A DNA stretch of 64,000 nt from Vulcanimicrobiota bacterium (GTDB lineage: Bacteria > Vulcanimicrobiota > Vulcanimicrobiia > Vulcanimicrobiales > Vulcanimicrobiaceae): assembly GCA_963733295.1 (NCBI GenBank), contig CAVTCS010000003.1, positions 2,176,001 through 2,240,000 on the forward strand. The letters run 5' to 3'. Shown piece after piece: positions 59,401 to 64,000 of the stretch (positions within the stretch are counted from its first letter, which is position 1; every line of letters begins with the position of its first letter). Under the pieces are notes generated by a model, which saw nothing but the letters and a program-made list of their open reading frames with translations, made no database searches and was not told where the DNA came from. A program made the position numbers and the translations under genes.

Positions 59401-61361
59401 ATGCGCGCGGCTAGCCTCCCCTGGTCGGTTTTGCTCGCGACGGCTGTTGCCGTCGGGGTCGCGCCCCTTGAAGGGAGGCCGCTGACCGGTATCGAGTCCC
59501 GCCTACGCGACGTCTTCGCCGCTCGCGTCACCTTCGCCGCTCGCCGCGTCACCGTCGCCGTTGCCGTCACCGTCGCCGTTGCCACCCGTCGCGACTCCGC
59601 GTACGACACCGCAAGCGACGCCGCTACCGCCCGCGGAAGCCGAGCTCGGAAGCGACGACACGCGTCGTCGAACTGCAAGAGGGCGCGCTTGCCATCGAAT
59701 CGCGCGGTGCGGGAACGACCGTCGTCGATGCCGATGCCATCCGTCTCGCCACCAGGATTACTCGGCGACGAAAGGGCCGTTCGGAAACGCCCGCTTACGA
59801 GCGCGATCCTTCTGACGTTCGGCGTTTCGCCGGCCGCGATCCGAACGGCAGAGCCGGGTCAGCCCAGCCAACTCGTCGTTCTCCTTCGTCACCCGATCGC
59901 GGCCCAGGCCGACTCGCTGCGAAAGGCAGAGGCGTTCATCCAGGGGTCCGACGCTTCGAATATCCCTGGCAAGGTCGTCGACGATTGCAATGCATTGAGT
60001 CGTCGCGCCGATCTAGCCGCCGACGAAGATGCGCGAAGCAACGTCGGCGAGATCCTGAGCCTTTTCGGCGCCCGCACCTCCGGCGTTGCGCCGCACCCCG
60101 TTCCGAGCGGCGAGAACCGGGGAGGCGAAAACGTCGTTTGCGGGCACGGCAAGTTACTCAACATCAGCTGGGCAGCTCCGTTTGACGATGACACGACCGA
60201 TCTCGAGGTGCGCGTCAGCCGAGTGGTCGACGAGGATCTATTCGGCAAAAACGCAAGGCCCGCACACTTAGACCGCGCCCCGAAGAAGCCGGCCCGTACC
60301 GCGAAGATCCGGGACTCAAGAACGCAGCGCGCTGCGCGCCCGGTACGCCGTGACCCCGGGCGATGCGATCGTCTTTGCGACCGGTAGAGCGAGCGTTGCG
60401 GCAGCCTCATTTGCCGGGCTTTTTATGCCCGCCCTGGCTGCCGAGAGCGCAGAGTGGCGCGCCGATGCGGCGGTCGCGGCTCTCGGTTACCGGCTTGGCG
60501 CGCCACAAGGTCTCATCGTCTACCCGCCGCTCGGCGTCGAGAACTGCTGCCCTCCGGAGTCGCCGCCTGATATATTCAGCGTGCCGCCTGTGCGATTTGT
60601 CGGCATGTTCTTCGGGATGTCGCGCGACGCGATGGGAACGCCGCCTTCGGAATCAGGCTATAAGCGTGTCACGCCGGAGCCTGTGCCGCTAGACAATCCG
60701 ATGCGGTGGCAGCGGCCGTTGGATGCCGGCGCCTGGTCCCGCTGCGTGCAACCAATGGTTCCTTGCATTCGAGCACCGGGGTTGAAGTGGACGTCCCAGC
60801 CGAGTACGTGTACTTGGCGTTCTGGTTCTGGCCGTCGGACCGGCCCTTTACGGAAACAGAAAAACAAGTGTTCAGAGACACCGCGCAGCGCTTGATAGGC
60901 AACGCCGGCGACGTCGATCTCCTTGTTTCACCCGAAGATCAATCGGACTTCGTCCATAAGCGCCCGTTCGCGGGTGTTGGTGCCGCTGGGCGCGTTACGT
61001 CGTTAGTCGCGGCCGCCCAGTCCTTTCAGACCAGATCGCACGCCAATGCTCGCGCCTTTTTCGAGCCACTGAGAACCGACTGCGCCGAGCCCGAACGGGC
61101 GGCGGTCGCCGGTGCTGCAATCGAAGCGAGGGTAGATGCTCAGAGGATCGCCAAAGAGGATTTGTCGGGGTCGCCGCGATTGCAGGCTGTCGACGTCGTC
61201 GGTCCCTACTTGCGGAAAGGCGCCTGTGATTCGGCTGCGACACCCTGGGCGCCGAAATTCCCTACCCTCGACCTGCGCAAATTTGACCTTCATCTCGACG
61301 AGGTGGCGAACCGGTGCTCAGATTCGAGGCCGTCGTCGGCCTCCAATATGCGAGCGACTAA
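59401..61361 (+). pseudogene. Multiply frameshifted secreted protein with tandem SIMPL(DUF541)-like domains (pseudogene or assembly error)
   Basis: Signal peptide, SPSP linker and SIMPL-like segments lie in alternating reading frames; a plausible end VLRFEAVVGLQYASD* falls at 61361. Confidence 0.55.
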
Positions 61362-61465
61362 CTGCCCGTTGACCGGGCCAGGCGCGGGAGTGGCGCACTC
61401 CTCCGCGAACCGGAGGGCGGGCGCGGCGAAACTTTTTCCGCGCATAACTCTTACAAGAGGAGTCG

Positions 61466-62272
61466 ATGAATACACGCGAGCGGGCCGATATTGGCGTATT
61501 TGGCGGATCGGGCTTTTATTCGTTAATCGAAAACGCGCGCGAGGTCGTGGTCGAAACGCCTTACGGTGCGCCGAGCGACCGGCTCGCGCTGGGCGAGGTT
61601 GCGGGCAAGCGCGTGGCCTTCTTACCGCGCCACGGAAAGCTGCATCAGTATCCGCCGCAAGCGATCAATTTTCGCGCAAATCTTTGGGCGATGAAAGAAC
61701 TAGGCGTCACGCGGATCGTCGGGCCGACCGCTTGCGGTTCGCTCAAAGCCGACGTGAAGCCGGGTGAGATGGTGGTTGCCGATCAAATCGTCGACCGCAC
61801 GACGGGACGCGCCGACACGTTCTACGACGGTCCGATCACCACGCACATCAGCTTCGCCGATCCCTATTGTCCGCAGTTGCGGCCGATCGCGATCGCGGCG
61901 CTCCGCGCGACCGGCGTCGTAACGCACGAACGGGGTACGATCGTCGTCATCCAAGGGCCGCGCTTTTCGACACGAGCCGAGTCGAAGTGGTTCCAAGACG
62001 CCGGCTGGGAGGTCATCAACATGACCCAGTATCCTGAGTGTTATCTCGCCCGCGAGCTGGAGATGTGTTACGTGAACATCTCGCTGATCACCGATTACGA
62101 CGTCGGACTCGAAGGCATGCCGGACGTCGAGCCGGTGACTCACGAGGCGGTCATGAAGATCTTTGCCAGCAACAACGAACGCGTCAAATCGGCCATCTTC
62201 AAGATCATCGAAACGACGCCGGCCGAGCGGACGTGCTCGTGCGGCTCGGCGCTCACCGGCGCGCGCTTCTGA
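61466..62272 (+). CDS. mtnP: S-methyl-5'-thioadenosine phosphorylase
   Basis: IGVFGGSGFY, TPYGAPS, FLPRHG, GPRFSTRAES, INMT..PE and TDYD; GAGGAG SD. Confidence 0.92.
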   Translation: MNTRERADIGVFGGSGFYSLIENAREVVVETPYGAPSDRLALGEVAGKRVAFLPRHGKLHQYPPQAINFRANLWAMKELGVTRIVGPTACGSLKADVKPGEMVVADQIVDRTTGRADTFYDGPITTHISFADPYCPQLRPIAIAALRATGVVTHERGTIVVIQGPRFSTRAESKWFQDAGWEVINMTQYPECYLARELEMCYVNISLITDYDVGLEGMPDVEPVTHEAVMKIFASNNERVKSAIFKIIETTPAERTCSCGSALTGARF

Positions 62273-62291
62273 GCGGGGCGGCGATACTCTG

Positions 62292-63011
62292 ATGCGCGTC
62301 GACTTGGTGCCCTACGCGCGTGCCCTCGTCATGCTGGTGCGCTTTCCGGGGGTGATCCTCGCACCGCTCTTGATCGCAGTGGCCCGGGTCTTGATCTTCC
62401 GCCTGCTCTCCATCTCCGACACCGGTGGTGCGGTGGCCGGTCTGACGACGGGCCTCGCAGGATTGTTCGTTCAACTGCTTCAGGCATTCGCGCTGTGCGT
62501 CTCCCTGATCATCGCCGATCAGGCTTGGCGCAACGGCCGAGCCCCCTTCGATGAAGCCTTGGACGAAGCGCGGCGCAAGGCCCCGGATATTCTCATGGCG
62601 GCGCTCGGCTTCACGTTCATCATCTGGGTCGCAGGACAGATCGGTGGCTTCCTAGGAGGGATCGGCACGATCGCGCTTGGAGCGGTTGCGCTCTTCTTCT
62701 TCATCTATGCGCTGCCGGCAGCGGCGATCGGCGGAGTACCCGGCGGCGCCGCGCTTCAGATCTCGCTCGACCGCGCGCGCAGCGCCGTGCCCGCCACGAT
62801 CTTCGTGACCGTCATCTTCGTGCTCGTCTACTACGTCGTTCCGGTCCTCGCGACCGACGCGATTCTGCCCCTCCTCATGCTGACCTCGTTCGAGGTTTCG
62901 AGCGTCATTGCGTCGCTGATCGGCGCGTTCATCGAAGCGGTCGCGGCCGGCTACGTCGCACTCGTGCTCGCCAAAGCCTATAACGACGTCTCCTACGGTC
63001 GCAGGTATTAA
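62292..63011 (+). CDS. Hypothetical integral membrane protein
   Basis: About 6 hydrophobic segments; ATG 62292. Confidence 0.75.
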   Translation: MRVDLVPYARALVMLVRFPGVILAPLLIAVARVLIFRLLSISDTGGAVAGLTTGLAGLFVQLLQAFALCVSLIIADQAWRNGRAPFDEALDEARRKAPDILMAALGFTFIIWVAGQIGGFLGGIGTIALGAVALFFFIYALPAAAIGGVPGGAALQISLDRARSAVPATIFVTVIFVLVYYVVPVLATDAILPLLMLTSFEVSSVIASLIGAFIEAVAAGYVALVLAKAYNDVSYGRRY

Positions 63012-63051
63012 CTCGCCGGGCAAGTCGTGATAACATCGCGAGACTAAGCTC

Positions 63052-63459
63052 ATGAGCATGAACGAGGGCGAGCGCCAGCCGACCACCGGCGAAATCCTCG
63101 ACGCACTTCTCGACTTCAAAGGTGCCGTCGAGGGACGCTTCGACTTCATCGACGAGCGCTTCGGTCAGATGGAGCGGCGTTTCGAGCTGATGCAAGACCA
63201 AATGGACCGTCGCTTTGATCGGGTCGACAGGCGCTTCGACGAGGTCGACCGCCGCTTCGACGAGGTCGACCGCCGCTTCGAGAAAGTGGACCTTCGATTC
63301 GACGAGGTCGACGGTCGATTCGAGGAAGTCAAGCGTCAGTTCGCGGAGGTCGACCTGCGATTCGGACGGGTCGACTGTCAGCTCGCCGAGCTCAAGAGTT
63401 GTGTACGAGCGGTCGACGTGCGTCTTGCCGCGATGGAACAGAGCGGGCCGGCGGGTTAG
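63052..63459 (+). CDS. Heptad-repeat (RFDEVD) coiled-coil protein
   Basis: About 10 imperfect 7-aa repeats of the form xRFxxVD; TGATAACAT extended -10-like element upstream. Confidence 0.75.
   Translation: MSMNEGERQPTTGEILDALLDFKGAVEGRFDFIDERFGQMERRFELMQDQMDRRFDRVDRRFDEVDRRFDEVDRRFEKVDLRFDEVDGRFEEVKRQFAEVDLRFGRVDCQLAELKSCVRAVDVRLAAMEQSGPAG
63211..63375 (+). repeat. Degenerate 21-bp tandem repeat
   Basis: CGCTTCGACGAGGTCGACCGC occurs exactly twice (63232-63273), flanked by diverged copies. Confidence 0.8.
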
Positions 63460-63473
63460 TCTGCGGGCCCGTC

Positions 63474-64000
63474 TTACGCGGGCGCGAGTTGCATTCGCAG
63501 GTAGTCGACGACTAGTCCAGCGGAAACGTTCGTGTTCGAGAGCCGCTCGGCTTCGGCGAGCGCTGCCAGGAGCGCGATCGTCGCTTCGGGAGAACGGCGG
63601 GGCAAGCCACTGAGGCGACGGCGTTGATCGGCGGCCAGCAGCGGAACGTCCTTGCCGGCGAGCGTTAGGGCGGCCCAGTCACGAGCCGCGACCCGTACGA
63701 TTTCGATCAACTCGGCGACGATCGCACGCTTCTCGCCGGCACTCAAACTGCGGTCGTCCAAACGCAGAAAACTTTGATCCGCGACGTCGCCGGCGAGCGT
63801 GTCGGCGAACCAGGCGAAGGCCGCAGCACGCAATCCTTCGTCGTCTTCGCCCAGCACGGCGCGGGCGCGCGCGATGCTGCCCAGCGAAACCTTCGCCGCC
63901 GCCGCGGCTCGGGCGGGCGTGACGCCGCCCCCGATCAGCACGCCTTCGACCGTCGCAGCGTCGAGCGGTTGCAGGGCGATCTCGACGAAACGGGAGCGGA
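63474..64000 (-). CDS. holB: DNA polymerase III delta-prime subunit (3' part; starts outside the window)
   Basis: The frame is open from the window edge: IRSRFVEIALQPL (clamp-loader SRC-like motif), GSIARA, and C-terminal TNVSAGL. Confidence 0.7.
   Translation of the reverse strand, partial: RSRFVEIALQPLDAATVEGVLIGGGVTPARAAAAAKVSLGSIARARAVLGEDDEGLRAAAFAWFADTLAGDVADQSFLRLDDRSLSAGEKRAIVAELIEIVRVAARDWAALTLAGKDVPLLAADQRRRLSGLPRRSPEATIALLAALAEAERLSNTNVSAGLVVDYLRMQLAPA

Noticed and set aside
59401..61361. Diversity-generating retroelement target or programmed frameshifting
   Set aside because: No reverse transcriptase or template/variable repeat pair is present, and six or more shifts without canonical slippery sites do not fit programmed recoding.
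61383..61407. GGAGTG-GCG-CACTCC hairpin before mtnP
   Set aside because: Short, with no U tract and not a CIRCE arrangement; I cannot assign a function.
63211..63375. Repeat array considered as a CRISPR
   Set aside because: The units are contiguous in-frame 21-mers with no unique spacers, and no cas genes are present.

Overview
A high-GC, very gene-dense bacterial chromosome segment made mostly of core genes: rimO, yajQ, rodZ-like, mnmA, mqnE/mqnC, ftsK, rnj, htrA, dnaK-grpE-dnaJ, scoAB, nth, mutY, lpdA-lipB-lipA, msrB, gdh, ychF, mtnP and holB. The TolC gene points to a diderm envelope. Futalosine-pathway genes, actinobacterial-style gene order and SPSP-linker secreted proteins suggest Candidatus Eremiobacterota or a similar lineage, but this is inference only. 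I found no rRNA, tRNA, CRISPR array, transposase, integrase or phage gene, and no unambiguous new system. The best leads are: (1) a ~2 kb secreted tandem SIMPL-like gene (59401-61361) broken by at least 6 frameshifts, which is either a pseudogene or a local assembly artefact; (2) a 1202-aa MalT-type STAND + SARP/BTAD + LuxR regulator coupled to an Ig-like lipoprotein and an ABC exporter; (3) a YknWXYZ-like operon with two Yip1 genes, TolC and two MacB permeases behind a sigmaW-like promoter; (4) a recurring ECF-type promoter motif; (5) structured leaders at htrA and at an Asr-like small protein; (6) probable CTG starts. All calls come from reading motifs by eye, with no database searches, and several start positions are my estimates.
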